Origin: Dehalococcoidia bacterium
GTDB taxonomy: Bacteria > Chloroflexota > Dehalococcoidia > SM23-28-2 > HRBIN24
Reading direction: 5' to 3'
DNA length: 48,976 nt
NCBI GenBank assembly: GCA_034435615.1
Contig: DAOTWZ010000079.1
Span: 1-48,976 of the forward strand
The notes beneath the pieces are model-generated. The model made no database searches and had not been told where the DNA came from. It worked only from the letters and a program-made list of their open reading frames with translations. The first letter of the stretch is position 1; each line of letters begins with the position of its first letter. This document shows positions 1-11,008 of the stretch, one piece after another. A program made the position numbers and the translations under genes.

Positions 1-1115
1 AGGCCCGACAGATCGCCCCGGATGCTCTCCAGCCCCTCCTTCACCTTGGTGCCGTCCAGGGGGTAGCCGTGCTTCTCCAGGGCGTTGCGGATCGCCTCCA
101 CCATCACGGCACCGATGGCCAGGCCCCGCAGGTACACCGTGTCGGCCCGGTTCAGGAAGTCGTGGGGCGTCTTCCCCTGCTGGGTGTACATCTGCCGGAT
201 CTCCTGCAGGATGGGTATCTCCGCCCCCACATTGGCGAAGTGGATGCCGTAGTAGCCCTCCGTGGCCTGCCAGCCGCCGGCCGCCTGGATGATGTCGTCG
301 GCCACCGACCAGACCAGGCCGATGACCCGGTTCAGGGGGAAGCCGAGCTGCTTCAGGGCGGTGATGGTGACGGAGGCAGGCCGCCCGTAGGTGTGGGCAA
401 TGACCCAGTCAGCCCGGTATCGCTGCACGATGTCCTGCGCCTGGGCCGTCTGGTCCAGGCCAGGGGGCGGCACGGCGAACTCCCTGTACTCGAACCCCTC
501 GATCTGGGCGAGGCGCCGCAGCACCTCCAGGGGCTCGCGGCCGGCCGGGGCGTCGTTGTAGATATAGGCGATCTTGGGCTTGCCAGGCCGCCCTTCCCTC
601 TGCCACTGGTCCAGGATGAACTTCACCGCCGCCCCCGCCTGGCTCCAGTAGCTGGCTGCCACGGGGAAGACGTAGGGGAACTTCTGACCGTTGGCCGAGG
701 CGGCGATGCCGAAGCCGATGGAGAGACAGGGGATCTTGTCGGCGTTGCAGCGGTCGGCCAGGGCGGCGATGAGGGGCGTCCCCCCGGCGAAGAACATCAC
801 CACTCCCTGCCGCTTCAACTGCTCATAGGCGTCCACGCCCCTGGGCACCTCGTAGCCGAACTCGATATCGATGAGGTTGATAGGGTGGCCGTCCACGCCG
901 CCCCTGCTGTTGACCAGGCTGATGTAGTCCGCCCAGCCCTGACGCAGGGGTATCTCGTTGACGGCCACAGGGCCTGTGCCGTCGTAGGTGGTGCCTATGC
1001 TGATGGGGGGCTTGGTGGGGGTGCCTCCCTCCTGGCCGCCACCGCACGCGGCGAGGACGAGCGAGGCCATTCCTGCCACCAGGGCCAGGAGCCAGTGCCT
1101 GGAGAGTCTACTCAT
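1..1115 (-). CDS. ABC transporter substrate-binding lipoprotein of the periplasmic-binding-protein type I family (LivK/Leu-Ile-Val or urea/amide-binding type). The C-terminus runs off the left window edge.
   Basis: I translated the minus strand by hand from the ATG at 1115, with RBS GAGGTGA upstream. The product starts MSRLSRHWLLALVAGMASLVLAACGGGQEGG, with a lipobox LAAC, and continues with a PBP1-like sequence (ISIGTTYDGTGPVAVNEIPLRQGW, GVVMFFAGGTP). There is no in-window stop, so the ORF is missing from the supplied track. The track's plus-strand ORF 69-1280 is its antisense. Confidence 0.7.
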   Translation of the reverse strand, partial: MSRLSRHWLLALVAGMASLVLAACGGGQEGGTPTKPPISIGTTYDGTGPVAVNEIPLRQGWADYISLVNSRGGVDGHPINLIDIEFGYEVPRGVDAYEQLKRQGVVMFFAGGTPLIAALADRCNADKIPCLSIGFGIAASANGQKFPYVFPVAASYWSQAGAAVKFILDQWQREGRPGKPKIAYIYNDAPAGREPLEVLRRLAQIEGFEYREFAVPPPGLDQTAQAQDIVQRYRADWVIAHTYGRPASVTITALKQLGFPLNRVIGLVWSVADDIIQAAGGWQATEGYYGIHFANVGAEIPILQEIRQMYTQQGKTPHDFLNRADTVYLRGLAIGAVMVEAIRNALEKHGYPLDGTKVKEGLESIRGDLSG

Positions 1116-1297
1116 AGCCTTCACCTCTTCGTCCGAGTCTCGGTCTCCTCGGGCCGCGTCTCTGTTCGTTTGGTCCATGTCCCGCTCCCCGGCGCACGGG
1201 CACCTGGCCATCTCGGCGGGCGGTGCGCCTCAGCACCGGGCCTCCCCGCCTCCTCCCCCCGAGAAAAGCTCACCATGTAATGGCAAAAGTCACCGCT

Positions 1298-1326
1298 AAT
1301 ATAGTGAGGATGCTGGAAGATTGCAA
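1298..1326 (-). promoter_or_regulatory. Sigma70-type promoter TTGCAA-17-TATATT driving the substrate-binding-protein gene. A TCAC-N10-GTGA palindrome (1290-1307) overlaps the -10.
   Basis: These are the minus-strand hexamers at 1326-1321 and 1303-1298. The island is AT-rich within a GC-rich sequence. Confidence 0.45.
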
Positions 1327-1376
1327 GAGCCCCAGCGGGGGAGGCGTGGTGGGGCCCCCTCCGCTGCGGCGGACGG

Positions 1377-2831
1377 TCAGACGTCGTAGTAGAGGTAGAA
1401 CTCGTAGGGGTGGGGGCGGAGCCGGATGGGGTCTATCTCCCGCTTCCGCTTGTACTCCGTCCAGGTCTGGAGGAGGTCATGGGTGAAGACGCCGCCCCGC
1501 AGGAGGAAGTCATGGTCTTCCTCCAGGGCACGCAGGGCCTCCTCCAGGCTGCCGGGGACGGTGCGGATGGCGGCGGCCACCTCGGGGGGTAGCTCGTAGA
1601 CGTCGGTGTCCAGGGGGTCGCCGGGGTCCATCTCGTTGAGGATGCCGTCCAGCCCCGCCATGAGAATGGCGGCGAAGGCCAGGTAGGGGTTGCAGGAGGG
1701 GTCGGGCGGGCGGAACTCTACCCGCTTGGCGGCGGGACTGCGCGAGTAGACGGGGATGCGGGCGGCGGCGGAGCGGTTGCGCTGAGAGTAGACCAGGTTG
1801 ACGGGGGCCTCAAAGCCGGGGACGAGCCGCCGGTAGGAGTTGGTGGTGGGGGCGATGAGGGCGCAGAGGGCGCGGGCGTGGGCCAGCAGCCCGCCGATGA
1901 AGTAGAGGCCCAGGAGGCTCATCTGGGCGTAGCCCTCCGGGTCGTAGAAGAGGTTCTCGCCGTTCTTCCAGAGGCTGACATGGACGTGCATGCCGGAGCC
2001 GTTGTCGCCGAAGATGGGCTTGGGCATGAAGGTGACGGTCTTGTCGTGCTCCCGGGCGACATTCTTGAGGATGTATTTGTAGAGCATGACCTGGTCGGCC
2101 ATGCGGGTGAGGGTCTGATAGCGCATGTCTATCTCGCCCTGGCCGGCGGTGGCCACCTCGTGGTGGTGGACCTCCACCTCGATGCCGGCCTGGAGCATCT
2201 TCAGGACGGCCTCCGAGCGGATGTCCTGGAGGCTGTCCACCGGCGGGGCGGGGAAGTAGCCCTCCTTGTAACGGGGGCGGTGGCCCAGGTTCTTTCCCGG
2301 GCGGCCGGCGTTCCAGGCCCCCTCCTCGGAGTCGATGGCGTAGTAGCCCTCGTGCTCGTTCTGGTCGAAGCGGACGGCGTCGAGGATGAAGAACTCCACC
2401 TCGGGGCCGAAGTAGGCGGTGTCGGCTATGCCGGTCTCCGCCAGGTAGCGCTCCGCCTTCTGGGCGATGTAGCGCGGGTCCCGCCAGTAGCGCTCGCGGG
2501 TGACGGGGTCGCGCACGTCGCAGATGATGGAGAGGGTGGGGACGCGGTAGATGGGGTCCAGGAAGGCGCTGGCCGGGTCGGGCACCAGGAGCATGTCGCT
2601 CTCCTGGATGTGCTGGAAGCCCCGTATGGAGGAGCCGTCGAAGCCGATACCCTCGCTGAAGATCGTCTCGTCCAGGGCCCTGGCGGGGATGGAGAAGTGC
2701 TGCAGGGTGCCCGGGAGGTCGGTGAACTTGAGGTCCACCATCTTAACGTCCCCCTCCCGGCAGAGGGCGATGACGTCAGCAGGGGTCCGGGGCCTTCTCT
2801 CCACCGCTCTCCCCTCCTCGCTCGCGGTCAC
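1377..2831 (-). CDS. glnA: Glutamine synthetase type I (GlnA).
   Basis: The 484-aa ORF contains GS motifs ([26 protein letters not shown]) and a C-terminal catalytic domain. It has a GTG start overlapping the upstream gene's TGA stop (GTGA). Confidence 0.9.
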   Translation of the reverse strand: MTASEEGRAVERRPRTPADVIALCREGDVKMVDLKFTDLPGTLQHFSIPARALDETIFSEGIGFDGSSIRGFQHIQESDMLLVPDPASAFLDPIYRVPTLSIICDVRDPVTRERYWRDPRYIAQKAERYLAETGIADTAYFGPEVEFFILDAVRFDQNEHEGYYAIDSEEGAWNAGRPGKNLGHRPRYKEGYFPAPPVDSLQDIRSEAVLKMLQAGIEVEVHHHEVATAGQGEIDMRYQTLTRMADQVMLYKYILKNVAREHDKTVTFMPKPIFGDNGSGMHVHVSLWKNGENLFYDPEGYAQMSLLGLYFIGGLLAHARALCALIAPTTNSYRRLVPGFEAPVNLVYSQRNRSAAARIPVYSRSPAAKRVEFRPPDPSCNPYLAFAAILMAGLDGILNEMDPGDPLDTDVYELPPEVAAAIRTVPGSLEEALRALEEDHDFLLRGGVFTHDLLQTWTEYKRKREIDPIRLRPHPYEFYLYYDV

Positions 2832-4249
2832 TGCTGGCCATCCTCCGGCTGCGGCTGCTGGGGAGCGGGGGCCTGGTCGGCGCCCTTGAGGCCGGGCAGC
2901 CGCCTGAGCAGCTCCTCCAGCTTGACGCCGGTGAGGGCCTCGACGATGGGCGGTAGCTGGGCGATGACCTCGGTGACGTCCCGGGTGACCTTGCTGGCGC
3001 CGGTGGAGTCGCCTCCCCCGGAGATGACGACGATGCGCTCGGTGCGGGCGAGGGGGGCGGCCACGGCTTCGGCCATCTTGGGGAGGACGTTGACCAGGAC
3101 TTCAGTGACGGCGGCCTGGTTGTAGCGGGCCCAGGCATCGGCCTTGCGGTCCATGGTCTGGGCCTCGGAGAGGCCCTTCTCCCTGATGACCTCCGCCTCG
3201 GCGAGGCCGCGGGCCCGCAGCGCCTCGGCCTCCCCCTGGGCCTCCGCCTCCAGGCGGTAGCGCTCCGCCTCGGCCAGGGCCTGGATGCGCTGGCGCTCCG
3301 CCTCGGCGGGACGGATGACAGTGGCCATGAGCTCCCGCTCCTTGCGGAGGATCTCCTTCTCCTCTAGCTCCGTCTGCAGCTCCTTCTCCAGGATGCCGAG
3401 CTGCACCTCCTCCCGCTTGACGAGCTGAGCGGTCTTGAAGCGCTGGAGGTCGTAGGCCAGGTCGGCCTCGGCGCGGCGCTGGTTGATGGCGGCCTCCACC
3501 TCCGCCCGCTTCAGCTCGTAGTCGCGGCGGGCCTCCTCTATCTTGGTGTCCACCTGGTAGCGGTAGGACTTGGCCTCCTCGTCGGCCCTGGCCTCGCCGA
3601 TGATGGCGTCCCGCTTCACCTGGGCGGTGCGAGGGCGGCCCAGGGCCTCCAGGTAGCCGCGGGGGTCGTTGATATTGCGGATGGTGAGGGAGACGATCTC
3701 CAGCCCCATCTTGGCCAGGTCACGGCTGGCCAGCTCCTTGACCCTCTCGGCGAACTCCCGTCGCTGCGTGTAGAGCTCCTCTATGGAGATGGTGCCCAGG
3801 ACGGCCCGCATGTGCCCCTCCACTATCTGGAGGGCGGTCTTCATGATCTCCTCCTGGGGACGGGAGAGGAAGTGCTCGGCGGCGGCCTGGATGGCCTCCT
3901 CGTCCCCCCTGACCTTGACGTGGGCGACGCCGTCCACCGCCACGGGGACGCCATGGACGGTGTAGACCTCCGGCGTCTTGACCTCCAGCCCCATCAGCTC
4001 CAGGGAGAGGCGGCGGGCCTGCTCTATGATGGGCCAGACCACGGTGCCGCCGCCCCAGATGACGCGGTAGCCCAGGGTGCGCCGCCGGCCCTCCCGATCC
4101 ACCACGGTGCGGCGGCGGCCGCTGACGATGAGGACCTCGTTGGGGCCCACCTTGGTGTAGCGGGCGGCCGCCACCGGCAGGAGGACGGGCCAGCCCACAG
4201 CCCAGGCCAGCAGCCACAACAGGGAAGAGAGGGGACGCGCCTCCGTCAT
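2828..4249 (-). CDS. SPFH/band-7 flotillin-family membrane scaffold protein (FloT/YuaG-like).
   Basis: The 473-aa ORF has an N-terminal hydrophobic anchor, an SPFH domain and a long Glu/Ala/Arg-rich coiled-coil region ([26 protein letters not shown]). The ATG at 4249 is preceded by GGAGGTGA. Confidence 0.85.
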   Translation of the reverse strand: MTEARPLSSLLWLLAWAVGWPVLLPVAAARYTKVGPNEVLIVSGRRRTVVDREGRRRTLGYRVIWGGGTVVWPIIEQARRLSLELMGLEVKTPEVYTVHGVPVAVDGVAHVKVRGDEEAIQAAAEHFLSRPQEEIMKTALQIVEGHMRAVLGTISIEELYTQRREFAERVKELASRDLAKMGLEIVSLTIRNINDPRGYLEALGRPRTAQVKRDAIIGEARADEEAKSYRYQVDTKIEEARRDYELKRAEVEAAINQRRAEADLAYDLQRFKTAQLVKREEVQLGILEKELQTELEEKEILRKERELMATVIRPAEAERQRIQALAEAERYRLEAEAQGEAEALRARGLAEAEVIREKGLSEAQTMDRKADAWARYNQAAVTEVLVNVLPKMAEAVAAPLARTERIVVISGGGDSTGASKVTRDVTEVIAQLPPIVEALTGVKLEELLRRLPGLKGADQAPAPQQPQPEDGQQ

Positions 4250-4255
4250 GGCCCA

Positions 4256-5561
<1,306 letters not shown>

Positions 5562-6833
5562 CTAGCGGGCGTAGGCGCGCTCCCCGTGCTCGGCCAGGTC
5601 CACCCCCACCAGCTCCTCCCGGGGGGAGACGCGCAGGCCCATGGTCCAGTCCAGGAGCTTGAGGATGGCGAAGGTCATGACGAAGGAGTAGCCCCAGGTG
5701 GCGCCGATGCTGGCCAGCTGGGCCAGGAGCTGCTCCGGCCGCCCGTCTATGACGCCGCCGATGCCGCCCCGGAAGCCGGCCGTCTCCGTGACCAGGGCGG
5801 TGGCGAAGATGCCGGTGGCCAGGGCGCCCCAGGTGCCGCCGATGCCGTGGACGGCCCAGACATCCAGGGCGTCGTCCACTCCCAGCCAGCCCCGCAGGCG
5901 CGTCGCCAGGTAGCAGAGGACGCCCGCCCCGGCGCCGATGATGGTGGCGGGCAGGGCGTTGAGGTAGCCATCGGCGGCGTCCCAGGCCCCCACGAAGCCG
6001 GAGGCCGGGGTTATGGCCACCAGCCCCGCCACGGCCCCGGTGGCCGCTCCGGTGACGCTGGGCACACCCTGGTAGGCCCAGCTCATGGCCAGCCAGGCCA
6101 CCGTGGCGGCGGCCGCCGCCGTGTTGGTGACCACGAAGGCGTTGGCTGCGGAGGCGTTGGCCGCCACGGCGCTGCCGGCGTTGAAGCCGAACCAGCCGAA
6201 CCAGAGGAGGGCCGCCCCCAGCACCACGTAGGGGACGTTGTGGGGCTCCATGGGCATCCGCCCCAGCCCCAGCCGCTTGCCGAAGGCCAGGGCCGCCGCC
6301 AGCCCCGCCACCCCCGAGTTGATGTGGACCACCGTCCCGCCGGCGAAATCGTAGGCTCCCAGGCCGCCCAGGACGCCCAGCCAGCCGTTCTGCGCCCACA
6401 CCCAGTGGGCGATGGGAGCGTAGACCAGCGTGGACCAGAGGACGACGAATACCAGGAAGGTGCTGAACTTGGCCCGCTCGGCGAAGGCGCCCGTCACCAG
6501 GGCGGGCGTGATGATGGCGAACATGAGCTGGAAGGCCATGTAGGCCAGATGGGGCACGGTGGCGGCGTAGGGACCGGGCTCGCTCCCCACGTGGCGCAGC
6601 CCGAACCAGGAGAGATCGCCGATGAAGCCGCCGTGGTCCGGCCCGAAGGCCAGACTGTAGCCCCAGAAGACCCAGAGCAGGGAGACGACGGCGATGATGC
6701 TGAACCCCTGCATGATGGTGGCGATGACGTTCTTCTCTCGCACCAGGCCGCCGTAGAAGAAGGCGAGGCCCGGAGTCATGAGGAGCACCAGGGCAGCCGA
6801 GGCCAGCACCCAGGCGGTATCGCCGCTGTCCAT
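5562..6833 (-). CDS. amt: Ammonium transporter (Amt/MEP family).
   Basis: The multi-TM protein carries Amt motifs (GAFAERAKFS, VVHINSGVAGLAAALAFGKR, DDALDVWAVHGIGGTWG). I prefer the ATG at 6833 (MDSGDTAWVL), which follows GGAGGAGA, over the unsupported ATG at 6872. Confidence 0.88.
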   Translation of the reverse strand: MDSGDTAWVLASAALVLLMTPGLAFFYGGLVREKNVIATIMQGFSIIAVVSLLWVFWGYSLAFGPDHGGFIGDLSWFGLRHVGSEPGPYAATVPHLAYMAFQLMFAIITPALVTGAFAERAKFSTFLVFVVLWSTLVYAPIAHWVWAQNGWLGVLGGLGAYDFAGGTVVHINSGVAGLAAALAFGKRLGLGRMPMEPHNVPYVVLGAALLWFGWFGFNAGSAVAANASAANAFVVTNTAAAAATVAWLAMSWAYQGVPSVTGAATGAVAGLVAITPASGFVGAWDAADGYLNALPATIIGAGAGVLCYLATRLRGWLGVDDALDVWAVHGIGGTWGALATGIFATALVTETAGFRGGIGGVIDGRPEQLLAQLASIGATWGYSFVMTFAILKLLDWTMGLRVSPREELVGVDLAEHGERAYAR

Positions 6834-6911
6834 GGTCTCCTCCAGGGGCGCGGGGAGACTACTCCAGCCCATAGAGTGGCGCCGCAGCGGGCAAGCGGGG
6901 TTACCGGCCGG

Positions 6912-6936
6912 TTACGAATATGTTACATTCTCGTAA
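6912..6936. promoter_or_regulatory. A 25-bp near-perfect palindrome TTACGAATATGT-T-ACATTCTCGTAA in the divergent amt/pdxT intergenic region. It is a candidate operator.
   Basis: The arms match at 10 of 12 positions and are centred on 6924. A TAAAAT hexamer follows at 6934-6939. Confidence 0.45.
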
Positions 6937-7030
6937 AATATCGGCGTTTCTCCAGCGGGAGCCGCGGCCTAGCTCTCTGGCGCCCGCCGACCGGCGGCCC
7001 CGGGCCCCCACCCCACAGGGCGGGGCTTGT

Positions 7031-7039
7031 GCTAAAATA
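7031..7039 (+). promoter_or_regulatory. Extended -10 (TGCTAAAAT) for pdxT.
   Basis: It lies 16 nt upstream of the ATG at 7055, with an AGGGA SD between them. Confidence 0.35.
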
Positions 7040-7054
7040 GACGATGCAGGGACT

Positions 7055-7675
7055 ATGGCGCGCATAGGCATTCTGGCCCTCCAGGGCGATTTTCTCGAGC
7101 ACCAGGAAGTCCTCACCCGTCTGGGCCAGGAGGCCGTCCAGGTCCGCAGGCCCGAGCACCTCGAAGGACTGGACGGCCTCATCATACCCGGGGGTGAATC
7201 CACCACCTTTTGTCGTCTCATGCGGGACTTCGGCCTCTACGAGCCCCTGCGGGACCTCATCGCCGCCGGGCTCCCCACCTGGGGCACCTGCGCCGGCATG
7301 ATCGTCCTGGCCAAGCGGGTGCAGGACCTGCCCTACGCCACCCTGGAGGCGCTGGACGTCGAGGTGGACCGCAACGCCTACGGTCGCCAGGTGGACAGCT
7401 TCGAGGTGGAGCTGGCCGTCCCCTCGCTAGGCCGGCGACCCTTCCCGGCAGTCTTCATACGGGCCCCTGTGGTGCTGGAGGTAGGGGAGGGGGTGGAGGT
7501 GCTGGCCCGCCTGCCCCAGGGACCCGACCAGCCGCCGGCGGGCGCCGGCACCCCGGTGGCCCTGCGCCAGGGGCACGTACTGGCCACCTCCTTCCATCCC
7601 GAGCTGACCCGGGACACCCGCTTCCACCGCTACTTCCTGAGAATGGTAGGGGCGAGGCGGGCCCACAAGGCATGA
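7055..7675 (+). CDS. pdxT: Glutamine amidotransferase subunit PdxT (SNO family glutaminase), with no pdxS gene adjacent.
   Basis: The product MARIGILALQGDFLEHQEV...IPGGESTT...GTCAGMIVLAK...DRNAYGRQVDSFE...FIRAP...SFHPELT aligns along its whole length with Bacillus PdxT/YaaE. The start follows an extended -10 TGCTAAAAT and an AGGGA SD. Confidence 0.85.
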   Translation: MARIGILALQGDFLEHQEVLTRLGQEAVQVRRPEHLEGLDGLIIPGGESTTFCRLMRDFGLYEPLRDLIAAGLPTWGTCAGMIVLAKRVQDLPYATLEALDVEVDRNAYGRQVDSFEVELAVPSLGRRPFPAVFIRAPVVLEVGEGVEVLARLPQGPDQPPAGAGTPVALRQGHVLATSFHPELTRDTRFHRYFLRMVGARRAHKA

Positions 7676-8613
7676 CCGCGGTCTACGCCCTGAACCCCGC
7701 CCACCTCATCATCCTGGCCTCCCCCGTCAACCACCTGCGCCTGGACGAGGCCAGGCCCTGGGAGCGGCTCCTCCTGGAGCAGGCCTCCCCCCACCCCCTT
7801 CAGGTGGCCTGGGAGCACTGCCCGCCCTTCTCCCGAAGGCGGCGGGCCTGGATCAGCCTCCGCCGCTCCCAGGTGCGGGGCCTGCTGGCCAGCCGCCCCC
7901 GCTCCCGCCCCAGCGCCTGCGAGATAGACTCCCTGATGGTGATGGACGGCGAAGCGGAGACGGCGGTGCGGCTCCTGCGGGCGGCCTGCCAGGACCTGGC
8001 CCTGGACGGCGTGCAGCGGCTCTTCCTCCGCCTCGCCGCTGACAGCCCCCTCCTGTCCGCCGCCTGCCGGGCCGGCCTGGTGCCCTACCGCCGGGACTAT
8101 CTCTTCCGCTTGGAGCGGCGGAGGGAGGACAGCGAGGCCCTGCCCGGCCTCCGGCCCGCCACCACCGCCGACCTGCACGCCATCTACGCCCTCTACAGCA
8201 GCGTCGTCCCCGCCAGCATCCGCTACCTCGAGGGCGTCACCCTGCGGGAGTGGCAGGCCGCCCAGGAGCGCTGGGCCCGCCCCCGCGATCTCCTGCTGGC
8301 CAGAGACGGCCGCGCCCTCGCCTGGTTGCATATGGCGGCCCAGGACGGTTTCGCCCTCCTGTCCCTCCTCCTCCACCCGGAGGCCCAGGAGCAGGTGGCG
8401 TCCCTCCTGGACGAGGCGCTGGCCCACCTGCCGGGGGAAGGCCCCGCCTTCTGCCTGGTGCCCTCCTACCAGCCCCACCTGCTGACCGCCCTGGAACAGC
8501 GAGGGGCCAGCCCGGTCCGGGAGTACGTCACCCTGGCCAGCTACCTCCTGCGGCCCGTCCCCCGCGCCGTCCCGGAGCCAGAACGCATAGAGGGAGCTAT
8601 CCCGGTGAGCTGA
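7672..8613 (+). CDS. Hypothetical protein, about 313 aa, possibly a tandem degenerate GNAT-like fold.
   Basis: Its ATG at 7672 overlaps the pdxT TGA stop (ATGA). The product (MTAVYALNPAHLIILASPVNHL...) has two halves that each end in a GNAT-like beta-strand/helix pattern (...LFLRLAADSPLLSAACRAGLVPYRRDYLF; ...FCLVPSYQPHLLTALEQRGASPVREYVTLASYLL). There is no canonical Q/RxxGxG/A motif. Confidence 0.5.
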   Translation: MTAVYALNPAHLIILASPVNHLRLDEARPWERLLLEQASPHPLQVAWEHCPPFSRRRRAWISLRRSQVRGLLASRPRSRPSACEIDSLMVMDGEAETAVRLLRAACQDLALDGVQRLFLRLAADSPLLSAACRAGLVPYRRDYLFRLERRREDSEALPGLRPATTADLHAIYALYSSVVPASIRYLEGVTLREWQAAQERWARPRDLLLARDGRALAWLHMAAQDGFALLSLLLHPEAQEQVASLLDEALAHLPGEGPAFCLVPSYQPHLLTALEQRGASPVREYVTLASYLLRPVPRAVPEPERIEGAIPVS

Positions 8614-8616
8614 GCC

Positions 8617-10203
8617 GTGTTGAGGATAACTGACGACCTGGACGCCCTGCTGGCAGTAGTGCCGCCCCACATCGCCGACGCCCTCCGCCGGCGCCACGAT
8701 AACTTCGAGCTGCTGGAGATAGTCATGGACCTGGGGCGCCGGCCCCAGGCCCGCTACCCGGGCAGGGAGGTGACCCTCAGCGAGCGCGAGGTCACCCACG
8801 AGGACATCGAATACGTCACCTCCCGCATCGGCGAGTTCACCACCGACAACCGCGCTGGCATCGAGCGGACGCTGCACCGCATCTCCGCCATCCGCAACCG
8901 GCGGGGGCGCATCGTCGGCCTCACCTGCCGCGTCGGTCGCGCCGTCTACGGCACTGTGCGCATCATCCAGGACCTGCTGGAGTCCGGCAAGAGCCTGCTC
9001 CTCCTGGGCCGCCCCGGCGTGGGCAAGACCACCCTCCTGCGGGAGGCCGCCCGCTACCTCTCCGATGAGCTGGGCAAGCGGGTCATCGTAGTGGACACGT
9101 CCAACGAGATCGCCGGCGACGGCGACATACCCCACCCCGGCATCGGCACCGCCCGACGGATGCAGGTGCCCACCCCTTCCCTGCAGCACGCCGTCATGAT
9201 CGAGGCGGTGGAGAACCACATGCCGGAGGTCATCATCATCGACGAGATCGGCACCGAGCTGGAGGCGATGGCCGCCCGCACCATCGCCGAGCGGGGGGTG
9301 CAGTTGGTGGCCACCGCCCACGGCAACAGCCTGGACAACCTCATCATCAACCCCACCCTCTCGGACCTGGTGGGGGGCGTGCAGTCCGTGACCCTGTCCG
9401 ACGAGGAGGCGCGGCGCCGCGGCACTCAGAAGGCCATCCTGGAGCGGCGGGCGCCGCCCACCTTCGATATGGTGGTGGAGATCCAGGGCTTCAACCGGGT
9501 GGCCCTCCATCGGGACGTGGCCGCCACCGTGGACGCCATCCTCCGCGGCTACCCCGTCCAGGCGGAGATCCGGGAGCTGGACCAGGAGGGAGAGGTACGG
9601 GTGCTCCAGCAGGCCCACTTGGAGGTGGTGACGCCGGGCCGGCGGGGCCGGGAGGGGATGGGGACCCTCCCGTTCGCCGCCAGCGAGGGGGCCCCCGCCC
9701 CCGGCCGGCGGCAGGGGGGCGCGCCCGCCCAGGCGCCAGCGCGCCAGCGCCGCATCTACCCTTTCGGCGTCTCCCGTGACCGCCTGGAGCAGGCCCTGAT
9801 GGAGACCCGCTTCCCGGCCGTCATCGTCAACTCCCTGGCCGACGCCGACGCCCTGGTCACCCTCAGGAGCTACTACCGCCGGCGGCCCCAGGTGGTGCGG
9901 GAGGCGGAGGAGCGGGGCATACCCATCTACGTCGTCAAGAGCAACACCGTCTACCAGCTAGAGCAGTGCTTCCTGGCCATGCAGCGGGAGCGCAGCGGCG
10001 ACCCGGTGGCCGCCGCCCTCTCCGAGGCGGAGGAAGCCATCGGCGAGGTCCTCAACAGCGACCGCCCGGTGGACCTCTCCCCCCAGAACGCCTACATACG
10101 CCGCCTCCAGCACATGCTGGCCCAGCGCTACAACCTCTCCTCCCAGAGCGTGGGGCGCGAGCCTCACCGCTACGTGCGCATCCTGCCCCAGAGCATGGAG
10201 TAG
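8617..10203 (+). CDS. AAA+/P-loop ATPase with a C-terminal R3H nucleic-acid-binding domain (Ycf45/SpoIIIAA-like family).
   Basis: The GTG start lies 4 nt after the previous stop. The product has a Walker A (GRPGVGKTT) and Walker B (VIIIDEIG), plus a C-terminal R3H-like region ([36 protein letters not shown]). Confidence 0.7.
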   Translation: MLRITDDLDALLAVVPPHIADALRRRHDNFELLEIVMDLGRRPQARYPGREVTLSEREVTHEDIEYVTSRIGEFTTDNRAGIERTLHRISAIRNRRGRIVGLTCRVGRAVYGTVRIIQDLLESGKSLLLLGRPGVGKTTLLREAARYLSDELGKRVIVVDTSNEIAGDGDIPHPGIGTARRMQVPTPSLQHAVMIEAVENHMPEVIIIDEIGTELEAMAARTIAERGVQLVATAHGNSLDNLIINPTLSDLVGGVQSVTLSDEEARRRGTQKAILERRAPPTFDMVVEIQGFNRVALHRDVAATVDAILRGYPVQAEIRELDQEGEVRVLQQAHLEVVTPGRRGREGMGTLPFAASEGAPAPGRRQGGAPAQAPARQRRIYPFGVSRDRLEQALMETRFPAVIVNSLADADALVTLRSYYRRRPQVVREAEERGIPIYVVKSNTVYQLEQCFLAMQRERSGDPVAAALSEAEEAIGEVLNSDRPVDLSPQNAYIRRLQHMLAQRYNLSSQSVGREPHRYVRILPQSME

Positions 10204-10241
10204 GGGGTGCTGCCGTCCCTTCCGACCCACCGTGAGCCAGC

Positions 10242-10263
10242 CCGGCCCGGGAGAGCGGGCCGG
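10242..10263 (+). terminator. GC hairpin (CCGGCCCG-ggagag-CGGGCCGG) after the ATPase gene.
   Basis: The stem is a perfect 8 bp. No U-tract follows. Confidence 0.3.
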
Positions 10264-10292
10264 AGGCGCCTCCCTCCTCGCCCGGGTCGCCC

Positions 10293-10967
10293 ATGAGCCC
10301 CGCGGATGAGGCCCGAGAGACGGCCGCCGGCCGGGGCCGCTTCGTCACCCTGGAGGGAGGTGAGGGCTCCGGCAAGTCCACGGTGGCCCGCGCCCTGGCC
10401 CGTCGGCTGCGGGCCGCCGGCCTGCCCGTCTGCCTGACGCGCGAGCCGGAGGGGACGCCCCTGGGCCGCTTCCTCTGGCGGGCCTTTCGCCTCCGCTCCC
10501 CCCTGCCAGCGCCGGACCCCCTGGCCGAACTACTCCTCTTCGAGGCGGCCCGCGCCCAGCACGTGCGGGAGGTGGTGCGGCCCGCCCTGGAGGCCGGCCA
10601 GACCGTCCTCTGCGAGCGCTTCACCGATTCTACCCTGGCCTACCAGGGCTACGGCCGCGGCCTGGAGCTGGAGCTGGTCCGCCGCCTCAACGCCCTGGCG
10701 GCCGGCGGCCTCGTCCCTGACCTGACCCTCCTCCTGGACGTGCCACCGGAGGTGGGGCTGGCCCGCAAGGCCCGCCAGCGGGCGGCGGCTGACCGCATAG
10801 GCCAGGAGGGGAGCGAGTTCCACCGGCGGGTGAGGGAGGGCTACCTGGCCCTGGCCCGCGAGGAGCCGGCCCGTATCCTGGTGGTGGACGCCACCCGTCC
10901 CCTCCCCGAGGTGCTGGCCCTCCTCTGGGAGCGACTGCGACAGCTCCACCACGGCATTCCCCCCTGA
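10293..10967 (+). CDS. tmk: Thymidylate kinase.
   Basis: The product contains FVTLEGGEGSGKST and a LID-region arginine cluster, over 224 aa. Confidence 0.9.
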   Translation: MSPADEARETAAGRGRFVTLEGGEGSGKSTVARALARRLRAAGLPVCLTREPEGTPLGRFLWRAFRLRSPLPAPDPLAELLLFEAARAQHVREVVRPALEAGQTVLCERFTDSTLAYQGYGRGLELELVRRLNALAAGGLVPDLTLLLDVPPEVGLARKARQRAAADRIGQEGSEFHRRVREGYLALAREEPARILVVDATRPLPEVLALLWERLRQLHHGIPP

Positions 10968-11008
10968 CGCCTGCCTCCGAGTGGCCCCAAGACCCCGTCC
11001 GTGCTAGG

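Noticed and set aside
69-1280. A 403-aa plus-strand ORF.
   Set aside because: It is antisense to the clearly homologous substrate-binding-protein gene. It is a GC-driven open frame with no RBS or motifs.
1116-1376. Glutamine (glnA-motif) riboswitch in the SBP leader.
   Set aside because: I could not recognise the conserved pseudoknot consensus. Only a generic hairpin is present (CCGAG...CTCGG).
1878-3125. A 415-aa plus-strand ORF.
   Set aside because: It is antisense to glnA and the flotillin gene.
6912-6936. Possible dif (XerCD) site, suggested by the palindromic AT-rich 25-mer.
   Set aside because: The arms do not match the conserved XerD-arm consensus (TTATGTtAAAT). The location in a promoter region fits an operator better.
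7630-9618. A 662-aa minus-strand ORF.
   Set aside because: It is antisense to the GNAT-like and ATPase genes.
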